Of a stretch of DNA of 64,000 nucleotides, positions 32,253 to 41,711 are shown one piece after another. The notes under the pieces were generated by a model. That model was not told the DNA's origin and did not search any database. It worked only from the letters and a program-made list of their open reading frames with translations. Origin of the DNA: a bacterium (GTDB lineage: Bacteria > SAR324 > XYD2-FULL-50-16); the NCBI GenBank assembly GCA_032250835.1, contig JAVVEA010000006.1:86049-150048 (forward strand), read 5' to 3'. Position 1 is the stretch's first letter, and each line of letters starts with the position of its first letter. Position numbers and translations under genes: made by a program.

Positions 32253-32774
32253 ATGACGAACCAGCCCATGAAGCTTCTACTGACAGGTCTTTTGGCCATG
32301 GGGCTTACTGCACCGGTCTCGGCCGATATGTTGGGGTTCTATGCCGACGCCCCGGTCAAGCAGGTCTTCACCAGCAAGGACCTGTCTTCTGATGGGAATC
32401 CTTCGGGCTATAGGGCCGGCGTGACAAGGCCCTTCTTTTTTTGGCTCAGGGTATAAGGCCTATGCCACCCCTATCAAGGCAACTGTTTTGGACCTGACCC
32501 TGAACACCGAGATGTACAATCTTTATTTAGGCCTCCCCTTCCCCATGTTAAACGTGGCGTTGGGCGGCGGTGTGGGCAATCGTAGCCTCGTTTGCTCTAC
32601 CTGTGACGGACTTTATACCGAAGAAAGTGCCAGCCAGACCTTTCTCAACTTGGGTTGGCCCTTGGTCTTAGGCATCTTTGATGTGCCTGTTGGCTACCAC
32701 CAAGTAGCGGGCAAGGTGCGGGTGCCGAGACCAAAAGCGAAGTGGCCAACCAAGGCATTAAGATCGGTTTCTAG
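32253..32774 (+). pseudogene. Frameshifted tandem paralogue of the 31547-32107 barrel
   Basis: Homologous segments in three frames: +1 shift at the T7 run 32436-32442, a second shift near 32719, ending GIKIGF-TAG. Confidence 0.8.
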
Positions 32775-32778
32775 GCCC

Positions 32779-34116
32779 CTATTGGGCCGGCTGCCCGACT
32801 AAGATGGTCGCTTCAATCCGCCCGCCGCTACGCCGCACCAATTCCATTGAGCCGCCATGCCGTACAAAGGCCCCGGCGATTAAGTGATGCATCAGGACTG
32901 GTGACAAAAATCCCGGCTCTAAGGTATCAAATAGATCCTTAGGACGGTACAAGAGCCGCTCTCCCTCCTCAGACAATTCCAATCCCTCGACCGTAAAGTT
33001 GATTTCCAGGAATCCCTCTTTGTTTTTGCCTTTGGCGGTAAAAACCAGAGTGCCCGTTTTGGCTTCAAATTCTTGTAGCGAAGCGATCAGGCCATAAAAA
33101 CGTGCTAAAGCCGAAGACAAAAGCTGCGGGTCCCCTTGACCAATCAGCTTGCCTAGGTTGCTGGCGAAGCTGAACAGACAGGTGCGGGCCTCTTCGCTTT
33201 TGGAGAAGAGGCTTAAGCTTTGGTGCATCAGCTCTAAGGCATTGAAGCTCTGGTAGCGCAGCGGAGCGCGGTGGGCTAAGCCGTCGAGGTTTTCCACCAA
33301 GGCCTCGCAGAGCACTTGCAGCCCTTCGAGCCGGCCTAAAACCAGCAATCCGGGCCTAAACTCTGCGGGTCCACGCATTAGGTCTAAGGGAAAGAGGTCC
33401 ATCAGCCCTAAGCTGATGCGTAGTTTGTCGGCCAACTCATCGATCAACTTGCCAAAAAAGAGCATCATCTTCGCCGCCCGGTTGCGCTCTTCGAGGGCCT
33501 GGGCTCGGCTAGATTCCAGTTCGCTGAGCAATTGGTTCTGGAAGTTGATGATCTCTTGCTCTAGCTCGGGCATCTCGCGCAGGTCTTTGAGCAATCCTGC
33601 CCCTAGGCTCTGTTGTTTGCGCGCGAATCGCTCGATGGCGATGATCACTTCTTTTTGTTTGCGGTATTTGGACTGGAGGTGTTGGGCCTGCTGGCGGCGT
33701 TGCTGTTGGTGTGCCTCACCTTCAAGCTGGCTGAGGCATTTGTTTAGCTCGGGGCCGTAGACCCGCTGGATCAGCTCAAAGTAGCGTAGCTTGTTGTCCG
33801 TCAGTTTTGCCGGTGGGAAGAAGAGGCGGTGGGGGATATCACCGCCCGATTCGGTACAAAGCAACAATTCCGCTTCGGTCTCTAGGGCCTCGGGCGGATT
33901 TTTTTCTTTTTTGTGTTTGAGCTTTTTTTGGTCCAGTTCGTAGCGGACCTGACCGCGATAATAGCGCAGGTCACGGGGCGGCAGTACTTCTTTGAGGGCC
34001 CTCAAAAAAGCGTGGATCAGCTCCTCAGGGGTCTTGGGCCCTGGTGCTAGGATAGATTCGGAATATTTTAGGAAACGCTTGGATACATCCCAGCGCTTGT
34101 GCCGGTTAGTGCTCAT
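32779..34116 (-). CDS. Degenerate histidine-kinase-like protein
   Basis: Coiled coil followed by a HisKA/HATPase-like skeleton (GDPQLL, RHGGSMEL) lacking the H/N/G-box residues. Confidence 0.6.
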   Translation of the reverse strand: MSTNRHKRWDVSKRFLKYSESILAPGPKTPEELIHAFLRALKEVLPPRDLRYYRGQVRYELDQKKLKHKKEKNPPEALETEAELLLCTESGGDIPHRLFFPPAKLTDNKLRYFELIQRVYGPELNKCLSQLEGEAHQQQRRQQAQHLQSKYRKQKEVIIAIERFARKQQSLGAGLLKDLREMPELEQEIINFQNQLLSELESSRAQALEERNRAAKMMLFFGKLIDELADKLRISLGLMDLFPLDLMRGPAEFRPGLLVLGRLEGLQVLCEALVENLDGLAHRAPLRYQSFNALELMHQSLSLFSKSEEARTCLFSFASNLGKLIGQGDPQLLSSALARFYGLIASLQEFEAKTGTLVFTAKGKNKEGFLEINFTVEGLELSEEGERLLYRPKDLFDTLEPGFLSPVLMHHLIAGAFVRHGGSMELVRRSGGRIEATILVGQPAQ

Positions 34117-34179
34117 AAAGGGCCACAGGGGTTTGGGCCTATCATAGCCCGGCCTGTGTGTAATGGGCAAGGTGGGGCC

Positions 34180-34210
34180 AAAAAAAAGCCCCTCAAAGAG
34201 GGGCTTTTTT
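34180..34210 (-). terminator. Rho-independent (bidirectional) terminator after rplT
   Basis: A8-GCCCCTC-aaa-GAGGGGC-T6. Confidence 0.85.
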
Positions 34211-34234
34211 ATCCAACCTAAGACCCAAGTGGCT

Positions 34235-34594
34235 TTAAGCAGCCAGCTTGGCCTTGGCTTGCTCGGCAATCGCGGCGAAAGCGCTGAAGTCACTAATAGC
34301 CAATTCAGCCAGCGACTTGCGGTCGATTTCGATTTGAGCGAGCTTCAATCCGTGGATCAACTTCGAATAGGTAGTCCCGCAGACGCGAGACGCCGCGTTG
34401 ATGCGCACGATCCAAAGCTTGCGGAAGTCACGCTTCTTAACCTTACGGTCACGGTATGCGTAGACTCTTGCGCGGTCAACGGCCTCTTTGACGGTCCGTA
34501 ATAGACGGCTACGCCCACCACGGAAACCTTTGGCCGCTTTAAAATAAGCGTTCTTTTTCTTTCTGGCGTGTACCGCCCTTTTTACTCGTGCCAT
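34235..34594 (-). CDS. rplT: 50S ribosomal protein L20
   Basis: MARVKR...[23 protein letters not shown]. Confidence 0.98.
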   Translation of the reverse strand: MARVKRAVHARKKKNAYFKAAKGFRGGRSRLLRTVKEAVDRARVYAYRDRKVKKRDFRKLWIVRINAASRVCGTTYSKLIHGLKLAQIEIDRKSLAELAISDFSAFAAIAEQAKAKLAA

Positions 34595-34619
34595 TGCTCG
34601 TTCCTTAGGTCCTTATGCG

Positions 34620-34823
34620 TTAGCCGTAGGGCATCATGCGCTTGATGCTGGGTGCATCGGCTGCGGAAATGAGGCCAGCCTTGCGCAAATGCCGCTTTTT
34701 GTTGGCGCTGTGCTTGGTCAAAATGTGGCGCAAATTTGCTTTTTTGCGCTTGATTTTGCCGTTAGCGGTAATCTTAAAGCGCCGCTTCGCGGAGCTTTTG
34801 GTCTTCATCTTATATTTAGCCAT
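34620..34823 (-). CDS. rpmI: 50S ribosomal protein L35
   Basis: KMKTKSSAKRRFKITANGKIKR...RHILTK. Confidence 0.97.
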   Translation of the reverse strand: MAKYKMKTKSSAKRRFKITANGKIKRKKANLRHILTKHSANKKRHLRKAGLISAADAPSIKRMMPYG

Positions 34824-34826
34824 ATC

Positions 34827-35387
34827 TTAGCCCTTTTTGTTCGGGGACAAGATGGTGTGAGCGGTACGCCCTTCGGCCCTGGGGGCCGACTCCATCTGGC
34901 CCAGGTCTTGGCAGTCTTCGGTAAAACGCCTGATCAATGTCAGGCCTAACTCTTGATACGCCATTTCGCGGCCACGGAACTGTATGGTTACCTTGACCTT
35001 ATTTCCTTCTTCTAGGAACTCACGAGCGTGTTTGAGCTTGAACAGATAGTCATGCTCTTCCGTCTTGGGTCGGAGTTTGATCTCCTTAACCTTGATGACG
35101 GTTTGTTTCTTCTTCGCCTCGTGTTGCTTCTTACTGGCCTCATATTTAAACTTACCATAGTCCATGATCCGACAAACCGGCGGATCGGACTTAGCGGCAA
35201 CTTCAACAAGGTCCAGACCTCTTTCTTCCGCGATTCGGCGGGCATCGTCGGTGACGACAATACCCATCTGTTCACCGTTTTCGTCGATCAGACGAACCTC
35301 GGGGACCCGAATGCCCCGGTTAATTCTAGTTTGATCTTCTTTGCGAGGCGGTTGTACTGGCCGCTTCTTCCTGATCGGTGCGATAAT
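34827..35387 (-). CDS. infC: Translation initiation factor IF-3 (non-canonical ATT/ATC start)
   Basis: EVRLID, LDLVEV, PPVCRIMDYGKFKYE, FRGRE; AGGAGG followed by ATT ATC. Confidence 0.95.
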   Translation of the reverse strand: MIAPIRKKRPVQPPRKEDQTRINRGIRVPEVRLIDENGEQMGIVVTDDARRIAEERGLDLVEVAAKSDPPVCRIMDYGKFKYEASKKQHEAKKKQTVIKVKEIKLRPKTEEHDYLFKLKHAREFLEEGNKVKVTIQFRGREMAYQELGLTLIRRFTEDCQDLGQMESAPRAEGRTAHTILSPNKKG

Positions 35388-35416
35388 CCCTCCTGAAACC
35401 GTGAAGAAAGGGGTTA

Positions 35417-35488
35417 TAGGCGCGGACGGGATTGAACCGTCGACCACTACCGTGTCGGGGTAGTGCTCTCCCACTGAGCTACGCGCCT
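35417..35488 (-). tRNA. tRNA-Val(GAC), CCA not encoded
   Basis: Cloverleaf AGGCGCG/CGCGCCT; anticodon arm CTACC-CCGACAC-GGTAG; GGTTCAATC T-loop. Confidence 0.9.
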
Positions 35489-35506
35489 ATAAAGAACTGA
35501 TATGAC

Positions 35507-35582
35507 TGGTGGAGGATAGCGGGGTCGAACCGCTGACCTCCTGCTTGCAAGGCAGGCGCTCTACCAACTGAGCTAATCCCCC
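35507..35582 (-). tRNA. tRNA-Ala(TGC)
   Basis: GGGGGAT acceptor with G3-U70; CCTGC-CTTGCAA-GCAGG; CCA end. Confidence 0.95.
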
Positions 35583-35618
35583 AGCTTTTATCAGCAAACC
35601 CTTGCGGGCTAAAGCGTC

Positions 35619-35695
35619 TGGTGGGCCAGGGTGGATTCGAACCACCGACCCCGTCCTTATCAGGGACGTACTCTAACCAACTGAGCTACTGGCCC
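35619..35695 (-). tRNA. tRNA-Ile(GAT)
   Basis: GGGCCAG acceptor; CGTCC-CTGATAA-GGACG; CCA end. Confidence 0.95.
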
Positions 35696-35921
35696 AGACA
35701 AGCTTTCGCCTTTAAAAGAGCTTTTTTATCGAGCTGGCGGCGGAATGTCAAAGGAAAACTTTTAGAACCTCCCGATTTTTGGTCGAGGAATCCTTTGCTT
35801 GTCCTAAGGCATCCAATCTTTGGCTTGATCAAAAAGCCCTTTAGTTGATAGTTTTTCGAAGTAGGAAAAGCAACCCCCCAATACCAAAAAAAAATCACCA
35901 CCAGGGCATTTAGGAGGAGAC

Positions 35922-37829
35922 TTGTCGAGATTACCTGTGATCGCCGGATTCGGCGGGATCAACCCTGCGGGGCGCAGCTCCGGCTACCGCTCCTTCGGGC
36001 GCATGGTCGCCGAGGCTTTACCGGAGGCAAAACGGCAAGAAACCTATCTGTCCTTGGCCAGCTTGATGGGTTTGGTGGCTTATTCAGAAGGCCGCTGGAG
36101 CCGCCCTGACGGCTCTAGCGTAGACCCGCAAAACCTCCCTTCGGACCTGATCGCGCTAGCTAATGAGGGGACGTTGCTGCGCCGTATCGAGTCCAACCAC
36201 TTCGACCCCGACCGGGTTCCCTGCAATAAATCGCTTCAATTGGGCGCCCAGGAGATTCGCTTCGAGTTGGCCCAGCGCGACCTCCCCAACGAACTGCCGA
36301 AGGGCTGGCAAGTGCGGGATATAGCGGGCGGCCGGGTTGAGGTGACGCTCACTGAAGCGACCGAATTTTTTGCGCCTGACCGCCGCAAGGCAGCGGTCAG
36401 TACCGCCGGCCAACTGCCCCGGGGCTTTGATCCCGCCGCACTCTATGCTAGCAACCACCACCCCAGGGGCTTGGCCATGGCGGTCTATGGGGCTTCGGAT
36501 GCGCTAGGTAGCTCTGGCTTTGGTGCCGACGAACTCAAACAATATGTAAAGCCCGACCAAATCGCTATCTACTCGGGCGCGGCCATGGGCCAGCTGGATG
36601 ATATGGGCTTAGGCGGCTACATGAAGGCACCTTACCTAGGCAAGCGGACCAGTACCAAGCAAATGCCCTTTTCGTTGGCTGAGATGTCCGCAGACTTCCT
36701 TAATGCCTATGTGTTTGGCAGTGTCGGACGCACTGGCGGGATTTTGGGGGCCTGCGCCAGCACCTTGTATAATATAGATGCTGCCGCCCAGGACATCCGT
36801 TCAGGGCGCATCCGTTTGGCACTGGTGGGGATGGCCGAGTCGCCTCTGGTGCCCGAAGCAATGGAAGGGTACCGGGTGATGAGCGCTCTGGCCGAAGACG
36901 ACCAAATCTTGGCTTTAGACAAGCACTTGGGCCTCACCTCACCGGACCACCGCCGCGCCTGCCGCCCCTTTGGCTACAACGCGGGCTTCACTATGTCCGA
37001 ATCGGCCCAATACTTCCTGATCATGGACGACGAACTGGCTGCCGAGTTGGGGGCCGTGGTCTATGGTGCGGTCGCTGGGGTTTTTGTGAACGCCGACGGA
37101 ATCAAAAAATCCATCACCGCACCGGGCGTGGGCAATTACCTGAGCATCGCCCAGGCTGCCGCCTTGGGCCGTTCGATCTTAGGTGAAGCCGGTTTGCGCC
37201 ACCGCACCTTTGTCCATGCCCACGGCACCGGCACCCCGCAAAACCGGGTGACCGAAAGCCAGGGCTTAAACGAAGTGGCCAAGGTCTTCGGGATCGAAAA
37301 TTGGCCCATCGCTGCCGTAAAATGTTACCTGGGCCACAGCATCGGGGCCGCCTCGGGGGACCAAGTGATGGCCGCTTTGGGGCATTGGGACGAGGGCATC
37401 TTGCCCGGTATCTTCACGCTCGACCAAATTGCCGACGACGTACACCACAGCCACCTTTCCCTCTCCCAGGCCCACCGCCAGTTAGGCGTGGACTCGATGG
37501 ATGCGGCGTTGGTTAACTCCAAGGGCTTCGGCGGCAACAACGCCACGGGCCTGATCCTCTCGCCGGACCTCTCTCGCCGCATGATGGCCAAGAAGCTAGG
37601 TCCAACGGCCTTCCATGCCTATCTAGATAAAGCCGTCGCCACCGCCGAGCGCGCCGCCGCCTATGATCAAGCTGCCACCCAGGGCTTAGCCAAACCGATC
37701 TACCGTTTCGGGGAGCCGGTCTTGGATGGGCCGGACCTGGATATGAACGACCAGCAGATTGCGGTGCCCGGCTTTAAGATCCCCATGGACCTAAATCTGG
37801 CCAACCCCTTTGAGGATATGACTCCTTAA
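35922..37829 (+). CDS. fabY: FabY-like beta-ketoacyl synthase
   Basis: MSRLPVIAGFGGINPAGRSS, HPRGL, GACAS (catalytic Cys), HAHGTGTPQNRVTES, GHS, NSKGFGGNNA; 635 aa. Confidence 0.8.
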   Translation: MSRLPVIAGFGGINPAGRSSGYRSFGRMVAEALPEAKRQETYLSLASLMGLVAYSEGRWSRPDGSSVDPQNLPSDLIALANEGTLLRRIESNHFDPDRVPCNKSLQLGAQEIRFELAQRDLPNELPKGWQVRDIAGGRVEVTLTEATEFFAPDRRKAAVSTAGQLPRGFDPAALYASNHHPRGLAMAVYGASDALGSSGFGADELKQYVKPDQIAIYSGAAMGQLDDMGLGGYMKAPYLGKRTSTKQMPFSLAEMSADFLNAYVFGSVGRTGGILGACASTLYNIDAAAQDIRSGRIRLALVGMAESPLVPEAMEGYRVMSALAEDDQILALDKHLGLTSPDHRRACRPFGYNAGFTMSESAQYFLIMDDELAAELGAVVYGAVAGVFVNADGIKKSITAPGVGNYLSIAQAAALGRSILGEAGLRHRTFVHAHGTGTPQNRVTESQGLNEVAKVFGIENWPIAAVKCYLGHSIGAASGDQVMAALGHWDEGILPGIFTLDQIADDVHHSHLSLSQAHRQLGVDSMDAALVNSKGFGGNNATGLILSPDLSRRMMAKKLGPTAFHAYLDKAVATAERAAAYDQAATQGLAKPIYRFGEPVLDGPDLDMNDQQIAVPGFKIPMDLNLANPFEDMTP

Positions 37830-37830
37830 G

Positions 37831-38739
37831 GTGGACGCTATTATCAACCTCAACAAGCCTTCGGGAATCACCTCCAACGGGGCGATAGGGCAGCTCAAAC
37901 GTTTGACCGGAGAAAAGAAGATGGGCCATTTGGGGACCCTCGACCCCATGGCCAATGGTGTCTTGCCGATTTTTACGGGCAAGATGACCAAGTTGATCCC
38001 CTACTTCAACCAAAACGACAAAGCCTACCGAGCCGAGGTGACGTTGGGAGCGGTCTCGGATACCCTGGACGCCGAAGGGGTTTTGAGTCCCGTGCCCATA
38101 CCTGCGGGGATTACCTTGGGGGCCGTTGAGGCCGCTTTGGCTCGTTTCACCGGCGAAATCACCCAGGTCCCACCCATCTATTCGGCGCTCAAGCAGGACG
38201 GACGTCGGCTCTATGACCTTGCCCGCAAGGGTGTGGCGGTGGAACCCGAAGCCCGGCAAGTGACGGTCTATTGGATTCGAGAGGTCGAATGGGAATCGCC
38301 GAAGATCCGCTTTGAGGTTTTTGTCTCCAAAGGCACCTACATCCGCTCTCTGGCAAGGGACTTGGGTGAGGCCTTAGGCAGCGGGGCGCATTTGAGTGCT
38401 CTGACCCGGACTCGGGTGGGCGAAGTCTTTGAACTACAAGATTCCATCATGCTTGACCAAATTGAAAAAACCGAGCAGGTTGATATATTCTTGCGCGCTT
38501 TGCGCCCGGCGTCCCTCTTGAGCGACTGGAATCAGTTGACAGCGCTCGACGAAGCCGAGGAACGGGCCCTTCGCAACGGAAACCGAATTCCCGTAGAACC
38601 CCAACGAATCCGGCAACAACAGCCCTTGGAGCGGCGTTGTTACATCACGGACCGACAGGGTCAACTACTTTGTGCAGGCTTTCTTGAATTCAGCCAGGAT
38701 AGCCTGCTTTGGTTCCAACCCGAAAAGGTGTTGGTATAA
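37831..38739 (+). CDS. truB: tRNA pseudouridine(55) synthase
   Basis: NKPSGITS, GHLGTLDPMA, QVPPIYSALK, SKGTYIRSL. Confidence 0.96.
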   Translation: MDAIINLNKPSGITSNGAIGQLKRLTGEKKMGHLGTLDPMANGVLPIFTGKMTKLIPYFNQNDKAYRAEVTLGAVSDTLDAEGVLSPVPIPAGITLGAVEAALARFTGEITQVPPIYSALKQDGRRLYDLARKGVAVEPEARQVTVYWIREVEWESPKIRFEVFVSKGTYIRSLARDLGEALGSGAHLSALTRTRVGEVFELQDSIMLDQIEKTEQVDIFLRALRPASLLSDWNQLTALDEAEERALRNGNRIPVEPQRIRQQQPLERRCYITDRQGQLLCAGFLEFSQDSLLWFQPEKVLV

Positions 38740-38760
38740 TCGCTGGATACTAGGAGAACA

Positions 38761-39027
38761 ATGCTGACCAAAGAAACAAAGGCGGAAATCGTCAAAAAGT
38801 TCGGACAAAACGAAACCGACACCGGTTCCACCAAGGTCCAAATCGCTCTTTTGACCGCGAGGATCATCTACCTTACCGAACACTTCAAAGAACATACGCA
38901 CGACCACCACTCTCGTCGGGGTCTGCTCAAATTGGTCGGTAGCCGCAGGCATCTTCTCAATTACTTGAAGAAAAATGACATCAACGAGTATCGCGAATTG
39001 ATCAAAGAACTGGGTATCCGTAAGTAA
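38761..39027 (+). CDS. rpsO: 30S ribosomal protein S15
   Basis: [29 protein letters not shown]. Confidence 0.98.
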   Translation: MLTKETKAEIVKKFGQNETDTGSTKVQIALLTARIIYLTEHFKEHTHDHHSRRGLLKLVGSRRHLLNYLKKNDINEYRELIKELGIRK

Positions 39028-39074
39028 GCCCGGCTGATCGACCACTTGAAACCCTAGACCCCTAGACATAGACT

Positions 39075-41156
39075 ATGAAGACACTGGAAATCGATTACCT
39101 GGGCAAGAAACTGTCCATTGAGACAGGCCGCATCGCCAAACAGGCCAACGCATCGGTTATCGTAACCTACGGTGAGACCGTGGTTATGGTGAACGCAACG
39201 GCCACCAAGGAACGAGCCGACATGGGCTTTTTCCCCCTGACGGTGATGTATCAGGTCAAGACCTATTCTCAAGGCCGCATCTTAGGTGGATTCATCAAGC
39301 GCGAGCGTCAGCCCAGCGAGATGGAAACCCTGATCAGCCGCATGATTGACCGCCCGATCCGCCCGCTTTTTGCTGAGGGCTTCTCTAACGAGACCCAGGT
39401 GATCGCTACCGTCTTGAGCTATGACGAAGACTCCAACCCGGCCATTGCGGCTATGTTGGGTGCTTCTTGTGCTCTTTGCATCTCCGACATCCCCTACAAT
39501 ACCCCCATCGCGGGTATCAACGTAGGCCGCGTCAACGGCGAGTTCGTCGCCAACCTCTCGCACGCCGATCTGGCCGAGAGCAGCGAATTAGACCTGTTGA
39601 TGGTCGCTAAAGAAGACGCCATCGTGATGGTGGAAGCCGGTGCCCAAGAGCTTTCTGAGCAGGACATGCTTGACGCTTTGGAGTGGGGCCACGCCAACAT
39701 CCAGCCGCTGATCAAACTGCAAAAGCAGTTCATGAAAGAAGTGGGCAAAGAAGAGATGGAATACGAAGTCCCCGAAATTCCCGAGGACGTCAAAAAGGCT
39801 GTGGTTAAGGCTGCTGATAAAGGCCTTAAGGCCGCTTTGGAAATCCCCACTAAAATGGAGCGCTACGCAGCGGTCGATAAGGTGAAGGCCGAAGTCAAAG
39901 AAGCGTTGGTTACCGAAGAAAGCGGCATCACCTCTAAGATGGTGTCTGAAGTCTTTGGCCACCGTAAAGCCGAGATCATGCGCGAATGGATCTTGAAGAA
40001 AGGCAAGCGTGTGGATGGCCGTGCCCCCACCGATATCCGCCCGATCAGCTGCGAGTTGGGCCTGTTGCCCCGGACCCACGGTTCGGCACTCTTTACCCGT
40101 GGCGAGACCCAGGCTATCGTGGTGACCACCTTAGGCACCAAAGACGATGAGCAGATGGTCGAAGACCCCAGTGGCTTGTATTTCAAAAACTTCTACCTGC
40201 ACTATAACTTCCCTCCCTACTCGGTTGGTGAAGTCAAGCGGATTGGCCCTCCCGGCCGCCGCGAGATTGGGCATGGTAACTTAGCCGAGCGGGGCTTGCG
40301 CCCCATGTTGCCCGCCAAGGACAACTTCCCTTACACCATCCGCATCGTCTCGGAAATCACCGAATCTAACGGTTCTAGCTCCATGGCTTCGGTCTGCGGC
40401 GGTTCCTTGTCGATGATGGACGCCGGTGTGCCCATGAAGTCCCCCGTTGCGGGCGTGGCGATGGGTCTGGTGACCGAAGGGAAAAACTACACCGTCTTGA
40501 GTGATATCTTGGGCGACGAAGACCATGTCGGCGACATGGACTTTAAAGTAGTGGGTACCGAAAACGGGATCACTGCTTTGCAGATGGACATCAAGATCGA
40601 CGGTTTGTCCATGAAGATGCTCGACGACGCCTTGATGCAGGCTCGCCAGGGCCGTTTGCACATCTTAGGCGAGATGGCCAAGGCCATTGGTGCTGCCCGC
40701 GAGCGTTTGGCCGATACGGCTCCGCGCTTTATCCAGTGCAAGATCCCCCAAACCAAAATCCGCGACCTGATCGGCCCCGGTGGTAAGGTGATCAAGGCTC
40801 TACAGGCCGAAACGGGGACCAAGATCGACATCGACGATTCGGGTACCGTCAACATTGCTTCGAGCAGCCAGGAAGCGGCAGAAAAGGCCTTGGCCTTGAT
40901 CCGCGAACTGACCTTGGAAGTGGAGATCGGCGCAACCTACGAAGGGGAAATCAAGAAGATCGTCGACTTCGGCGCTTTTGTTGAGATCCTGCCCAACACC
41001 CAGGGCTTGGTCCACGTCTCTGAAATCTCTGTTGAGCGGGTTGAGCGCGTTGAAGACGTCTTGAGCGAAGGGCAGATGGTGATGGTTAAGGCCATCGGCC
41101 GCGACAAGCGCGGCAAGCTGAAGCTCTCGATGAAGGCTGTCGAAAACGCCGAATAA
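39075..41156 (+). CDS. pnp: Polyribonucleotide nucleotidyltransferase
   Basis: FFPLTV, IDRPIRPLF, RREIGHG, ESNGSSSMAS, GDMDFKV; KH and S1 domains. Confidence 0.98.
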   Translation: MKTLEIDYLGKKLSIETGRIAKQANASVIVTYGETVVMVNATATKERADMGFFPLTVMYQVKTYSQGRILGGFIKRERQPSEMETLISRMIDRPIRPLFAEGFSNETQVIATVLSYDEDSNPAIAAMLGASCALCISDIPYNTPIAGINVGRVNGEFVANLSHADLAESSELDLLMVAKEDAIVMVEAGAQELSEQDMLDALEWGHANIQPLIKLQKQFMKEVGKEEMEYEVPEIPEDVKKAVVKAADKGLKAALEIPTKMERYAAVDKVKAEVKEALVTEESGITSKMVSEVFGHRKAEIMREWILKKGKRVDGRAPTDIRPISCELGLLPRTHGSALFTRGETQAIVVTTLGTKDDEQMVEDPSGLYFKNFYLHYNFPPYSVGEVKRIGPPGRREIGHGNLAERGLRPMLPAKDNFPYTIRIVSEITESNGSSSMASVCGGSLSMMDAGVPMKSPVAGVAMGLVTEGKNYTVLSDILGDEDHVGDMDFKVVGTENGITALQMDIKIDGLSMKMLDDALMQARQGRLHILGEMAKAIGAARERLADTAPRFIQCKIPQTKIRDLIGPGGKVIKALQAETGTKIDIDDSGTVNIASSSQEAAEKALALIRELTLEVEIGATYEGEIKKIVDFGAFVEILPNTQGLVHVSEISVERVERVEDVLSEGQMVMVKAIGRDKRGKLKLSMKAVENAE

Positions 41157-41192
41157 GTCACTTAGGGCCTCGCGCCCTTGGCTGACACCTTG

Positions 41193-41221
41193 AGGGACCT
41201 TGGCTAACGTCAGGGTCCCTT
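41193..41221 (+). terminator. Stem-loop after pnp
   Basis: AGGGACCTTG...CAGGGTCCCT inverted repeat. Confidence 0.5.
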
Positions 41222-41249
41222 CCCCTCCCTTCTTATATACTCCCAAATT

Positions 41250-41325
41250 GACCCCATAGTTCAACTGGATAGAACGGGGGATTCCTAATCCCCAGATAGA
41301 GGTTCAAGTCCTCTTGGGGTCACCA
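41250..41325 (+). tRNA. tRNA-Arg(CCT)
   Basis: GACCCCA/TGGGGTC acceptor; GGGGA-TTCCTAA-TCCCC; CCA end. Confidence 0.93.
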
Positions 41326-41711
41326 TGCTTTGTGGACGCCAGGGTTTCCGCCAGCTTGCTCAAGGCCAGCAACCTGTTTACCGCCCTTGACGGTCGGAAA
41401 ATCCTGATCTCTTATCCTTGGCTTTAGTGCAAGTGCTTCTTACTGCCAGATAGCTGCGCTATCCATTGGTTCTTCTTTCGGCTTGGCACACCAACAGCTG
41501 CGCATCCCTTTAAGGCCTCAACCTACCAGACCCTGTCAGCCTGAGCTCAATTGGGAGCGTCGGCTTTGGGGGTACTTAAAGTATTTCAGGTCCACATAGA
41601 AGGCCCTTTTAGGTTAAGGTTCCCCTAGTGATTTGGCGGGAGGTCCATGGTTCCCTCTGGCTAGCTTAAACCCACCTACCTGCCCTTTTCCTCACCTAAA
41701 TCAGCTTGGAC

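Noticed and set aside
35388-35848. infC extension and the 35621-35848 ORF
   Set aside because: They overlap tRNA genes and are spurious
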